Assembly (NCBI GenBank): GCA_028826165.1
Contig: JAPDFW010000099.1
Coordinates: 62,001-126,000, forward strand
Source: Anaeramoeba ignava BMAN
Taxonomy: Eukaryota > Protista > Anaeramoebae
Direction: 5' to 3'
DNA length: 64,000 bases
Under the pieces are notes generated by a model, which saw nothing but the letters and a program-made list of their open reading frames with translations, did not search any database and was not told the origin of the DNA. The position numbers and the translations under genes are program-made. This document shows positions 47,601 through 59,239 of this stretch, one piece after another. How positions within the stretch are numbered: position 1 is the first letter of the stretch; every line of letters begins with the position of its first letter.

Positions 47601-49526
47601 GAAATTATTGAATTATTAATTTCCAAAGAATTTAATCTTAATTCAAAAAATAATCAAAATGGAATACCTTTACATATTGCTTTGAAAAATAAATATCCAA
47701 AAGAAATTATTGAATTATTAATTTGCAAAGGTTCTGATATTAATTCCAAAAACAAATGGAATCAAATACCTTTATATATTGCTTTACAAAACCAATATTC
47801 AAATGAAATTATTGAATTATTAATTTCCAAAGGATCTGATCTTAATTCCAAAAATAATCAAAATGAAACAGCTTTACATATTGCTTTACAAAATAAATAT
47901 CCAAAAGAAATTATTGAATTATTAATTTCCAAAGGTTCTAATCTTAATTCAAAAAGTAATCAAAATGAAATACCTTTACAGTTCGCTTTAAGAAATAAAT
48001 ATCCAAAAGAAATAATTGAATTATTAATTTGCAAAGGATCTAATATTAATTCAAAAAACAAATGGAATGAAATACCTTTGAATTTTATTTTAAGAAACAA
48101 ATATCCAAATGAAATTATTGAATTATTAATTTCCAAAGGATCTGATCTTAATACAAAAAATAATCAAAATGAAATACCTTTACATTTTACATTAAGAAAG
48201 AAATATCCAAATCAAATTATCAAATTATTAATTTCCAAAGAATCTAATCTTAATTCCAAAAATAATCAAAATGAAATACCTTTACATATTGCTTTACAAA
48301 ATAAATATTCAAAAGAAATTATTGAATTATTAATTTGCAAAGAATCTGATCTTAATTCCAAAAATAATCAAAATGAAATACCTTTGCATATTGCTTTGAA
48401 AAATAAATATCCAAATGAAATTATTGAATTATTAATTTGCAAAGGATCTGATATTAATTCCAAAAACAAATGGAATGAAATACCTTTACATATTGCTTTG
48501 AAAAATAAATATTCAAATGAAATTATCAAATTATTAATTTCCAAAGGTTCTGATATTAATTCAAGAAATAAATGGGATGAAACACCTTTACATATTGCTA
48601 CAATAAAAATATATTCAAAAGAAATCAAAATTCTTTTAATGAAAGATCTGAATATTTTTGAATTGGAAAAAAGCCAAATTACTCAAGAAATGATTGATTT
48701 AATTCCAAAAATTTATTCATTTAATGATGATTTAAACAATTTTTTGAAATCAAATGAATTTACAAATATTGAAATTAAAAGTAATGATGGTGAAATAATC
48801 AAAGCTCATAAACAAATTTTATTGATTAGATTTAATAATAATCCAAAAATTTTAACAAAATTTATTAATATTTGCAGAAGAAAACCAAAAGAAATTATTC
48901 AATTTGCATTAAATTTTCTTTATACAGGATTTATTGATTTTGATAAATTTATTGAAAAATTTAATCAAAAATTTATTCAAAAAAAATCACAAATTTATTC
49001 AGATTATAAATTCTTCTTTTCAAATGAAATTGAATTTGAAGAACAAAAAAAAGAAGAAGAATTAATTTTAAATGAAATTGAAATTGAAAATGAAAAATAT
49101 CAAAAAATATTAATTTATGATTTATTTAAAGAAAATGGATTTGATTCCAAATGGATTAAAGAAAAAGAAGGAATAAGAGGAATATTAAAAGATTTTGGAA
49201 AATTATATGAACAAAATGAAACCAAAGATTTTACAATAATTATTGAAGAAAAAGAAATCAAAGTTCATAAATTAATATTACAAATAAGAAGTGAATTATT
49301 CAAAGGAATGTTTTTATTAAATACATCAGACTCAACTAATCAAGTTCATGATTATTCAGAAAAATCATTTGAAACAATTAATCAATTAATTTATTTTCTT
49401 TATAATGATAAAATTGATAAAACAAAAATAACCAAAGAAAATATTTCAGAATATATTGATATTTCAGAATATTATCAATTAAATCAAAATTCAATTTTTA
49501 ATCAATTTTTACTTAATTTTGTTTAA
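44625..49526 (+). CDS. Ankyrin-repeat (~37 x 34 aa) protein with two C-terminal BTB-like domains, intronless
   Basis: NEIPLHIALxNKYxxEIIELLISKGSDINSKNNQ repeats; IKAHKQILLIRF and IKVHKLILQIRSELFKGMF BTB motifs. Confidence 0.92.
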   Translation: MNSKKKLNQIYKAIKTNNLKFFGSISSLKDKEDFEKENEFFINYALKNNSSNEIIQKLIEKGTNLNCVDCYKNTPLDIALQNKYSNEIIKILIFKESDINYKNYWNELPLHIALKYNYSDEIIKILIFKGSNINSKNNQNEIPLHIALKNNYSDEIIELLISKGSDINSKNNQNETPLHIALQNKNPNEIIEILISKGANINSKDKWNQTPLYDALQNKYPKEIIKLLISKKSNINSKNSQNQIPLHIALKNNYPKEIIKILISKKFNVNSKNNQNEIPLHIALKNQNPKDVIQLLISKGSDINSKNIWNNTPLHIALQNKYPKEIIQLLISKGSNINSKNNQNEIPLHIALENNYPNQIIELLISKESDINSKNKWNEIPLHIALQNKYSNEIIKLLISKGSDINSKNNQNPNQIIELLISKESDINSKNNQNEIPLHIALQNKYSNEIIELLISKESDINSRNNQDETPLHIALQNKYPNQIIELLISKGSDINSKNNQNEIPLHITLKNKYPNKIIELLISKGSNINSKNKWNEIPLHITLQNKYSKEIIELLISKGSDINSKNNQNEIPLHIALQNKYPNQIIELLIFKESDINSKNNRNELPLYIALKNKYPKEIIELLISKGSNINSKNNQKELPLHITLQNKYSNGIIKLLISKESDINSKNNQNETPLHIALQNKYSNEIIELLICKGSDINSKNNKNEIPLHIALKNKYPNEIIELLNSKESDINSKNNQKEIPLHIALKNKNSNEIIELLISKGSDLNSKNKWNEIPLHIALEKNYSNEIIKLLISKGSNINSKNNQNEIPLHIALQNKCSNQIIKLLISKGSNINSKNNQDEIPLHIALQNKYPNQIIKLLISKGSNINSKNNQDEIPLHIALQNKYPKEIIELLISKGSNLNFKNNQDEIPLHIALQNKNSNEIIELLISKGSDINSKNNQNEIPLHIALQNKYSNEIIELLISKESDINSKNNQNETALHIALQNKYPKEIIELLISKEFNLNSKNNQNGIPLHIALKNKYPKEIIELLICKGSDINSKNKWNQIPLYIALQNQYSNEIIELLISKGSDLNSKNNQNETALHIALQNKYPKEIIELLISKGSNLNSKSNQNEIPLQFALRNKYPKEIIELLICKGSNINSKNKWNEIPLNFILRNKYPNEIIELLISKGSDLNTKNNQNEIPLHFTLRKKYPNQIIKLLISKESNLNSKNNQNEIPLHIALQNKYSKEIIELLICKESDLNSKNNQNEIPLHIALKNKYPNEIIELLICKGSDINSKNKWNEIPLHIALKNKYSNEIIKLLISKGSDINSRNKWDETPLHIATIKIYSKEIKILLMKDLNIFELEKSQITQEMIDLIPKIYSFNDDLNNFLKSNEFTNIEIKSNDGEIIKAHKQILLIRFNNNPKILTKFINICRRKPKEIIQFALNFLYTGFIDFDKFIEKFNQKFIQKKSQIYSDYKFFFSNEIEFEEQKKEEELILNEIEIENEKYQKILIYDLFKENGFDSKWIKEKEGIRGILKDFGKLYEQNETKDFTIIIEEKEIKVHKLILQIRSELFKGMFLLNTSDSTNQVHDYSEKSFETINQLIYFLYNDKIDKTKITKENISEYIDISEYYQLNQNSIFNQFLLNFV

Positions 49527-49597
49527 AAAAAAATTTAAATAAAAATTGAATAAAAAATATTTTTATTATTTTTTAAAGTTAAAAATCAAAAATGTTT

Positions 49598-51893
49598 TTA
49601 TCCATAATCATCTTCATCTGTAACATCTCTTCCTAAAGGTATCATAGATTTTTTCTCTACATCTCTTGCCAAGGATTTTCTCATATCTAAACCATCTTCT
49701 TCACCTGAATAATAACCCAAAACTCTTCTAAAAACAATATATCCAAAATTTTGATACATTCTAATAGCAACATTATTAGAACTTCTAACATATAAATCAA
49801 CAAAATACGCATTAGCAATATTTTCAGAAACACCTTCTAATAATTGCATTAATTGGCGAGCAAGACCTAAGCGTCTGTATTCAGGAGATACTGTGACAGC
49901 AGTGACATGACCATGCCACATTTTGCCTTCTCCTTCACTTTTCCCAAATATATATCCCATTATATCTTTATTTATAGATTCTCCTAATGCACACATATCT
50001 GGCCATATTGCTAAATATTGTAAATAAAATCCATTGTGATACTTTTTATTTTCATACATAAAATTATAAATTAAATTATAAATAAAATTATAAATAAAAT
50101 TATAAATAAAATTATAAATAAAATTATAAATAAAATTATAAATTAAATTATAAATAAAATTATAAATAAAATTATAAATAAAATTATAAATAAAATTATA
50201 AATAAAATTATAAATTAAATTATAAATAAAATTATAAATAAAATTATAAATAAAATTATAAATAAAATTATAAATTAAATTATAAATAAAATTATAAATT
50301 AAATTATAAAATAAAAAAAATTATAAATAAAAAAAATAAAAAATTATAAATAAAATTATAAATTAAATTATAAATAAAATTATAAATAAAATTAAATTAT
50401 AAATAAAATTATAAATAAAATTATAAATTAAATTATAAATAAAAATTATAAATAAAATTATAAATAAAATTATAAATTAAAATAAATTATAAATTAAATT
50501 ATAAATAAAATTATAAATTAAATTATAAATTAAATTATAAATAAAATTATAAATAAAATTATAAATTAAAATTATAAATTAAATTATAAATAAAATTATA
50601 AATAAAAATTATAAATAAAATTATAAATTAAATTATAAATTAAATTATAAATAAAATTATAAATAAAATTATAAATTAAATTATAAATAAAATTATAAAT
50701 TAAATTATAAATAAAATTATAAATAAAATTATAAATAAAATTATAAATAAAATTATAAATTTAAATTATAAATAAAATTATAAATTAAATTATAAATTAA
50801 ATTATAAATAAAAATTATAAATTAAAATTATAAATTAAATTATAAATTAAATTATAAATAAAATTATAAATTAAATTATAAATAAAATTATAAATTAAAT
50901 TATAAATAAAATTATAAATTAAATTATAAATTAAAATTATAAATTAAAATTATAAATAAATTAAATTATAAATAAAAATTATAAATTAAAATTATAAATA
51001 AAATTATAAATAAAATTATAAAATAAATTATAAATAAAATTATAAATAAAATTATAAATTAAAATTATAAATAAAATAATAAATAAAAAAATTATAAAAT
51101 AAAAATTAAATTATAAATTAAATTATAAATTATAAATAAAATATAAATAAAATTATAAATAAAATTATAAATAAAATTATAAATAAAAAATTATAAATAA
51201 AAATATAAAAAAAAAAAAATAAAATTATAAATAAAATTATAAATTAAAATTATAAATAAAATTATAAATAAAATTATAAATTAAATTATAAATAAAATTA
51301 TAAATAAAATTATAAATAAAATTATAAATAAAATTATAAATTAAATTATAAATAAAATTATAAATTAAATTATAAATTAAATTATAAATAAAATTATAAA
51401 TTAAATTATAAATTAAAATTATAAATAAAATTATAAATAAAATTATAAATAAAATTATAAATTATAAATAAAATTATAAATAAAATTATAAATAAAATTA
51501 TAAATTAAATTATAAATAAAATTATAAATAAAATTATAAATAAAATTATAAATAAAATTATAAATAAAATTATAAATAAAATTATAAATAAAATTATTAA
51601 TAAAATTATAAATTAAATTATAAATAAAATAATAAATAAAATTATAAATAAAATTATAAATTAAATTATAAATAAAATTATAAATAAAATTATAAATAAA
51701 ATTATAAATAAAATTATTAATAAAATTATAAATTAAATTATAAATTAAATTATAAATTAAATTATAAATTAAATTATAAATAAAATTATTATTATTTTTC
51801 TATGATTTTTTGTACAGTTTCTGTTAAATGATCTAAATTAACATCTGTAAAATTAAATAAATCATTTGCTTCAAATCTTCTTATTGTTGTCAT
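49598..51893 (-). CDS. NAA20: NatB catalytic subunit N-alpha-acetyltransferase 20; exons 51893-51816 and 50041-49598
   Basis: MTTIRRFEANDLFNFTDVNLDHLTET|YHNGFYLQYLAIWP...WHGHVTAVTVSPEYRRLGLA...FVDLYVRSSN...DMRKSL. Confidence 0.95.
50060..51790. repeat. Intronic 11-mer minisatellite (AAATTATAAAT / AAATTATAAATA variants) in the NAA20 intron
   Basis: About 1.7 kb of A/T-only 11-nt units. Confidence 0.9.
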
Positions 51894-51985
51894 TTTTAAT
51901 AATAAATTTATATAAAAAAAAATTGAAAAAAATGAAAAAAATGAAAAAATAAAATTTCATTTTTTTTTTTGGTTTTTTTTTTAAA

Positions 51986-54900
51986 ATGGATTTTCTTTTA
52001 AAAGAAGATATTAAATCAATTCTTGAATTAACTTATGAAATTGGATTTAAAAATTATTTAAATAAAGAATTAATAAAAAAAGAAAAAAATAAAGCAAAAT
52101 TAAGTATTGAAATTATAAAAAATTGGATAAATGAAATTTTAAAAAAATCAACACAAAAAAAAGTGGCCAATAGTTTATTTGAAGATTTTAAAGTAAACTG
52201 TTTATTAAACTTATTTAAAAAAAATTTTATTAATTTATTTAAATTAAAATTAAAAAAGAAAATTGATTTTTTAATTGAATTCTTATTACAAGTTTTTCCA
52301 GATTTAGATTTTAAAAAAATTGCTTTAATTTCAGATTTAAAAGAAAAATTAATTTACATTTTAAAAGAAATTCAAAATAATTCTTATGATGGATTTTGTT
52401 GTTCTGTTGATGATATTTTTAATGTTTTTGATTTTTTTTAAATTTAATTTTTTAAATTAAAAAATTCCAATTTATTTTTTTTTGTAGATGAAAAAAAAGC
52501 AATTTATCAAATTTTTAGCAAGTTTATTCTTATGGTTTCAAAATAACAATCCTAAAAAAAAAGAAAAAAAAGCAAAAATACCAAAATTTAATGATCCAGA
52601 TTTTGATAATTATATTGAAGAAAAATTACAATCATTTAAAAGTATAAAATCAAAATTAAATTCAAAATCAAAATCAAAATAAAAATCAAAATCAAAATCA
52701 AAATCAAAATTCAAAATCAAAATCTAAATCTAAATCTAAATCAAAATCAAAATTCAAAATCAAAATTCAAAAATCAAAATCAAAATTCAAAATTCAAAAT
52801 CAAAATCAAAATTTAAAATCAAAATAAAAATAAAAATCAAAATAAAAATCAAAATCAAAATCAAAATTAAAATCAAAATCAAAATCAAAATCAAAATCAA
52901 AATCAAAATCTAAATCTAAATCTAAATCAAATTCAAAATCAAAATCAAAATGAATTTTAATTTTAAAAATAAAACAGAAAGTATAAACTATATTGAAACA
53001 GAAAATGATTTGCAACAAAAAATGGAATTTAAAACTATTATTGAAGAAATAAAGTTGGAAATTATGGATTCATCTCAATTTACAATTTCTATAACAGAAA
53101 CTCATTTATTTTCCAAAAATCAAAATCAAAATCAAAAAGAAAATGAAAATGAAAATGAAAATGAAAATGAAAAAGAAATTCCAATTCAAAGTAAAATTCA
53201 AAAATTTTTTGAATTAACTTATTTTTAATTAATTTCTATTTAAAATTTTAGAAGAACAAATTTTAAATAATAATATTCAAATCCAAAAAGAATTACCAAA
53301 AAAAGAACAAAATCGAGATTTAAAATATAAAATTTTAACAATGAAACAAAAAATTCAAGAAAATAAAAGGAAAATTGATGATTATCAAAAATTACAAGAA
53401 TATAAACATTTCCAAGAGAAAGAATCACAACAAAAATTCATTTTATATCCAGAAAAATTCAATTCTTTAAATCAATTTATTCAAACAAGTGAAAAAGTAT
53501 CACAATCATTGAATCCATTAAAAGAAGATTTACAAGATTTTATGAACTCAATTACAAAAATACCAAGTTATTCAACATCATTATTCAAATTACTTGATGT
53601 AAAAATTGATGATGTTCCTGTTGGGAATATCCAAAAAATTCAATTCAAAACAATCACTTCATTTTCTAATTGTCTTCGTGGAGCTTTTGCTCATTTCAAA
53701 ATCAATTTTTCAGAAGAAGAGTTTAAGAAATTAATCACAAAAATCAAACTTTTTGAGCAATTTGATCTTGATCCTTATGGAGTTTATTCTGAAATTGAAG
53801 ATGTTTTTCCAAAAGAATATGAAAATATTATCCAGTTTAGAAAATTCTCAATTTTCATTCTTTCAATTTGTGATTTGTTTGTTTTCACTGTTTATTTTAA
53901 ACAATTATTCACAGAAAAAATTGTGGAAATTCTTCAAGAAAACAAAAATATTTTACAAGGTTAATTTAAATTTAAATTTAAATTTAAGAAGAAGAATTAA
54001 TTTTGTTTATTAATTAGGAAGTGATGTTGATGATATAACAAGAATGATTTATGGAAATATTGATAATTTCATCTATTTTTTGAGTGATTTGAGTAAATTA
54101 AAGGATATTGTTCAGAATATTATGGAATTTTTAGAAATTCAAGATCATATTAATGTATTCAAATCAAAAAAAAAATTTGTTTCTTATTCTTATTCTTATT
54201 CTTAAAATAATATAAAGAAATCTGAAAAAGTTATTGAAGAATTATTTCGACAAAGTTTATCAAAAACATTATTTGCAATTTTCAAAAGATTATTTGAAGA
54301 AAATCAACAAGAAAAAATCAAGAATGAAGTTGAAAAAAACAAAAAAAAACCAACAAAAATTTTCAAAAAAGATTTTGCAGCAGGAAATCAAACTTTACAA
54401 AAATATTTAACAGAAGAATCAATTAGATTATTATCAATTTTAACAGATGCAAATTTTTGTGGAGATGATATTGAGTCAATAAGTCTTTCATTGTTTAATT
54501 TATTTGATTATTTAGGATTATCAATTCCGTTGCTCAAATTCACAATATCACAAACAATAACAAGAATATCTTCAGTTCAAAATTTATTTGCTTATTCAGA
54601 TGTTTCATCAAGAATACTTTCAGAATTTTCATTCATTTATGGAGCGCAATATTTGCATTTAACACTTAAACCAATTATTTCTGAAATGATTGAGTTTAAT
54701 CAAAGTTTTGAAGCTGATCCAAATCTGAATACTGATTTTAAATCAACAAGAAATAATTTGTCATTCTTTTTATCTAAAAGCAATCAAAACAATTCTTGAT
54801 TCTGAAAAAGATATTCCACCTCAATTTAGGATTATTAATAATTATATTTCAACTGAAATTGAAAAGAAATTCTCAGGAAAAGGATTAATATCAATTGGAA

Positions 54901-56027
54901 GATTTATTTTTCATAGATTTTTATGTCCTACACTTGTTTCACCTCAAAATTACTCAATTATTAAATGTATTTTATTATAAAAAATCAAAATTCCTTTTTA
55001 AATCTTTTTTTTGTTTCCATTTATTTAGTTCCACTTAATGAAAGATATTTCAAGAGGTTTAGTTTTAATTTCATCAGCAATTACTCAATTATCAAGAAAG
55101 AAAAAATTTGATAAATCAAAAGAATATATGATTTTTTTAAATGAAGAAATTACTCCACATTTTAAGGAATTAGATGAATTTTTTATGAAATTATCTGTAA
55201 AAATAAATTTATATTTGGAAAAAAGAATATTTATATTAAAATATTGCTTTTTTTGAATTTTTTAAAAGGATATAAAAACAATCCAAGAAATTGATCTCCA
55301 AAAACAACCAAATATTGATTTTATTGAATTTAAACCAATCAAAATTTATCAACAAAGAAGACTTAATGATACATTAATTGATACAAAAAAAGAATCTTTT
55401 GAATTTTTCTCAATAATTGAATTTTTCATTTCAAATCAAGATGATAAAAACAAAATTAGTGAAAGTAAATTGCATCAATTTGATAAATCATTTAAAGAAT
55501 TGAAAACATTAGTCGAAGATTTTGGAAACTCAAACAAAATTTTAAGAGAGTTAAATCACAAACTTGTTGAAATTAAACAATTAGTTGAAAAAACAACAAA
55601 TTTAACAAATAAAAATGAAAAAAATGATGAAAAAGAAGAAGAAAAAGAAGAAGAAAATCTAATTTGGAAAAATGTTTCAGTTAAAAATACAAAATTTGAA
55701 GGATTTGTTCACATTTCAAAAAATGATTCAAAAAGCAAGAAAAAAGGGAAAAAAAGATATTTAATTCTAAAAGAAAATGTTCTCGCAATTTTTGAATCTA
55801 AACCTGAAGAAAAAAATATTTTCCCTTTAAATGTTATTGAAATTGATGATTCTTTAAAAGTTTCAAGAGCAAAATCTACAAATCTTAATAACGCAATTTC
55901 TTTATTCTCTTCTTCTTCAAAATTAGGAAATAAAAAGGATTTCTTCATCATTTGCGAAACTAAACAAGATTTTTCAAAATGGATTTCATTAATTAGAAAA
56001 GCAAAAGAGACAAAGAAAAACGATTAA
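51986..56027 (+). CDS. Multi-exon protein: N-terminal calponin-homology-like domain, coiled region, RasGAP-like domain and C-terminal PH domain
   Basis: IIKNWINEIL..SLFEDFK..FLIEFLLQVFP (CH-like); YGAQYLHLTLKPII, FEADP, IPPQFR, FHRFLCPTLVSP and RGLVLISSAITQL (RasGAP); EGFVH..KRYLILKENVLAIFE..WISLIRKA (PH). Apparent indels near 54775 and 55035. Confidence 0.75.
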
Positions 56028-56130
56028 AACAACAGATTTTTTTTATTCTTCTTTTTTTTTTTTCAATCAAAAATTTTCCAAAAACAAGAAAAGTATTAAA
56101 ATTTTCAATCTCTAAAATTTTCTAAATTTT

Positions 56131-57691
56131 CTAAATTTGAAAAAAATTTTGTTGATTTAAATGAATATTAATATTATTTCCTGAAGTTGAGTAAAGAGTT
56201 AAATTATTTTCTGAAAGGAATCTTTGTGGTTTCTTTTTTGGAGCAAGTAAATTTGGATCAGAAAGAAAACGACTTGATGTTAAAGGTAAATGCGATTGAT
56301 CCAAAAAATCTCTATTAATTAAAAGCTTATTTTGTTTTATTTGAGACTTTTTATGTTCTAAATGAACTAAATTTTCAAGAGAGAATTTTGATTTACAAAT
56401 TTTACAAGTGAAAATCTAAATTATTTTTATTTTTATTTTTATTTTTATTTTTGAAAAGTTAAATTGAATTTTTATTCATTTTGTTTTTGTTTTTGTTTTT
56501 GTTTTACTCTTTGATTTTCTGATTCAACACAAGAAGAATGATAAATATGTGAACAAGGAAGTAAAATAATAAATTCACCTTCTTCAAAATTACTTCCACA
56601 AATCAAACATTTTACATTTTCTTTAATCATATTTGGATAAATTTGAAATTTGAGTATTTTTTTCAAAGGAAATGAATTTTGAATTAAATTTGGTTTTGGA
56701 GTTGATTTTCTTTTGAAAAAAAAAGGATTTAATTTTTTTTTTTTACATTTCATGTTTTTGATTATTTTTTTTTTTTTTTGAAATAATTTTACATTTCATC
56801 ATCTCCTAATAAAGGTGATAATTCTTTATAAATAATTTTTTTTGAATTTGGATCATTTTCACTTGCTTTTTGAATTATTTCTCTAAATTTTTTAAATTAA
56901 TTTTTAATTATTAAAAAAATAATCAAATCAAATCAAATGAAATGAAATCTTTTTTTTTTCTTTTGAATTAATTACAATAATTGAGATAATTTAATTTTTC
57001 TTGTTTTTGAATTTTTTTTTGAATTTTTTTTTGAATTTTTTTTTGATTTCTTTTTTGAATCTTTTTTTGATTTCTTGTCATTTTTTATTTGATCATTTTG
57101 ATTTGAAACTGTTTGATAAGCTGTATTATAAATTGCATTTTGAAGGATTGGATTCAAATTTTGAGATAATTCTTTATTAAAAAAATTTTCTGGTTGATTT
57201 TTTGGTTCTTTTTTTTTTTTAAAAAAAAATAAATAATAAAATAAGTTATATTTCAAAATGCAAATGAAAATGAAATGAGGCAAACTTGATAAAGAATTTT
57301 TTGAGTCTTGAATATTTTTTTCTTGTGAATTTGAAAGTGAAAAAAATTGATCTGAATCAATATCATTTTGATTTTGATTTTCATTTTGTTGAGCCAATTG
57401 CTGGAAAGAGTGACGAATAAAAGAGCGTGTTTCATTGGAAATTGCTCCTTTGATCTCATCGAGTTTGTTTTCAAACAGACTGTTTAATTTAGAATAAATA
57501 CCGACTTCAAATCGAGTTGTTTGGAATTTGATCATTTGTTGAATTCTTTCAAAAGGTAATGAAAAATCTAAGTTATTATAACATCCAGATTCACTGAAAC
57601 CTGCGAAATTGTTTCTTCCACATTTTGGACATACAGAATTTGTTTCTGTTGGATCATAAACATTATCACAATTTGGACAATAAGTTGTCAT
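56131..57691 (-). CDS. N-terminal Zn-ribbon + C-terminal RING-H2 protein (RNF115/126-like layout), 5 exons
   Basis: CPNC...CPKC at the N-terminus; CLIC...PCSHIYHSSC...|IFTCKIC after splicing; stop TAG at 56133-56131. Confidence 0.7.
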
Positions 57692-57760
57692 TTAAAAAAG
57701 AAAAAGAAAAAAATGAAAAAGAAAAAATGAAAAAAAAATTTTTGATTGATTTTTTTTTAT

Positions 57761-59191
57761 TCAAATGAAATAAGTCTCAAGTTCATCAACAACCCATGAT
57801 CTAAAAGAACCAGCCAAATAACTTTTAGCTTTATTTGATTTATATTTGATTCCTTTTGGCAGATTGTAAGTATAACCAAAATTTGAGCCACCAGATTGCA
57901 AATCAGGATTTAAAATAAAATCAGCACCTTTTCCAAAATAAGGACCAAAATCTGAATAAGAATAATAAAGTGCCTGATGTTCTTTTCCTTGTTTAATTTT
58001 AAATTTCTCTGATTTTCTATTATTTTTATCATTTCTGATTGAAAAAATAAATGCATTTGGATCAATTATATATCCATAATCTTCATTTATATCTTTTGGA
58101 TTCCATTTTGTTTTATCAGTTGTAAATCCAACTGAAGTAAATCCTCCAAAGATATAATTATCTTTTGTTTTGATAATAACTAATGTTTTTCCTTTTGTAT
58201 CGCAAATTGAATGCCATTCTTCGCAATCAAATCCATCTTTTTTAGCTGAATATCCCAATTCCATTTTGTAAAAGAATTCATCATCATTTATCCATTCTTT
58301 TAATTTGTTGAAATCTTCTTTTTTTTGGATTATTGTTGATTTTAATCGAATTCTTGATTTGAAAATGAATGAATTTTCTTTTTCAATTAATTCATTTAAT
58401 TCTTTTTCGTTTTTTTGATTTTTTTGAAGTTTTTGGAATTGAATTAATTTTTCTGAAATTTCATTTGGAATTAATTCTTCTTTTAATATATTTTCAAGTT
58501 CTTTATTTGTAAAATCAATAAATCTGATTTTTTCAATAATATTTGAAATTTGATTAATATTTGATTTATGTTTTCCCCATTTTATTATTGATTGGAAAAG
58601 TTCAAATTCACTTATTGAAATATCATTATTTAATAATATTGAATTTAAATGATTTTCTTCAAGTTCAAGAAAAAAAGGAGTTTTGATAAATTCTTCTAAA
58701 TTATGAAAAATAAATTGATAAGAATAATCTAATAATTCATTTAAATTTACTGCTTCAGATAATTTAAGAATATCAACAATAGTTTCAAATTGTAAATTGT
58801 TTTTGATAAAATGTAAAGAAATTTCAATTAATTCATCAATTAAATATTTTGATGAAAAAATTAAAATTTGAATTGCATTTTCTAAATTAATTTCAATTTT
58901 TCCTGAATAAAGATAATTCAAAATTGAAGATAGAATTGAATTTGAAACATCTTTTAGAATTAATTTATTTTCTTGATATTCTTTCATTTTAGAATTAAAA
59001 AGAGATTTAAAATATTGACTTCTTGAAGAAAGAATTGATTTATGAGTTTTAAATGAAGTTTTATTTTGTTCACAAATTATTTCAAAATCAAAATAACTTT
59101 CATTTTGATTTTGATTTTGATTTTGATTTTGATTTTGAAATAAATTTTTTAAATCATTTGAAAGTTTTTCTAAATTTAAATAAGTTGTCAT
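57761..59191 (-). CDS. BTB-BACK-TLDc protein with an 18-aa internal deletion
   Basis: Intact 476-aa paralog. Confidence 0.9.
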   Translation of the reverse strand: MTTYLNLEKLSNDLKNLFQNQNQNQNQNQNESYFDFEIICEQNKTSFKTHKSILSSRSQYFKSLFNSKMKEYQENKLILKDVSNSILSSILNYLYSGKIEINLENAIQILIFSSKYLIDELIEISLHFIKNNLQFETIVDILKLSEAVNLNELLDYSYQFIFHNLEEFIKTPFFLELEENHLNSILLNNDISISEFELFQSIIKWGKHKSNINQISNIIEKIRFIDFTNKELENILKEELIPNEISEKLIQFQKLQKNQKNEKELNELIEKENSFIFKSRIRLKSTIIQKKEDFNKLKEWINDDEFFYKMELGYSAKKDGFDCEEWHSICDTKGKTLVIIKTKDNYIFGGFTSVGFTTDKTKWNPKDINEDYGYIIDPNAFIFSIRNDKNNRKSEKFKIKQGKEHQALYYSYSDFGPYFGKGADFILNPDLQSGGSNFGYTYNLPKGIKYKSNKAKSYLAGSFRSWVVDELETYFI

Positions 59192-59239
59192 TTTAGAAAT
59201 GAAAATGAAAAAAAATGAAAAAAATTTTTATTTGATTTT

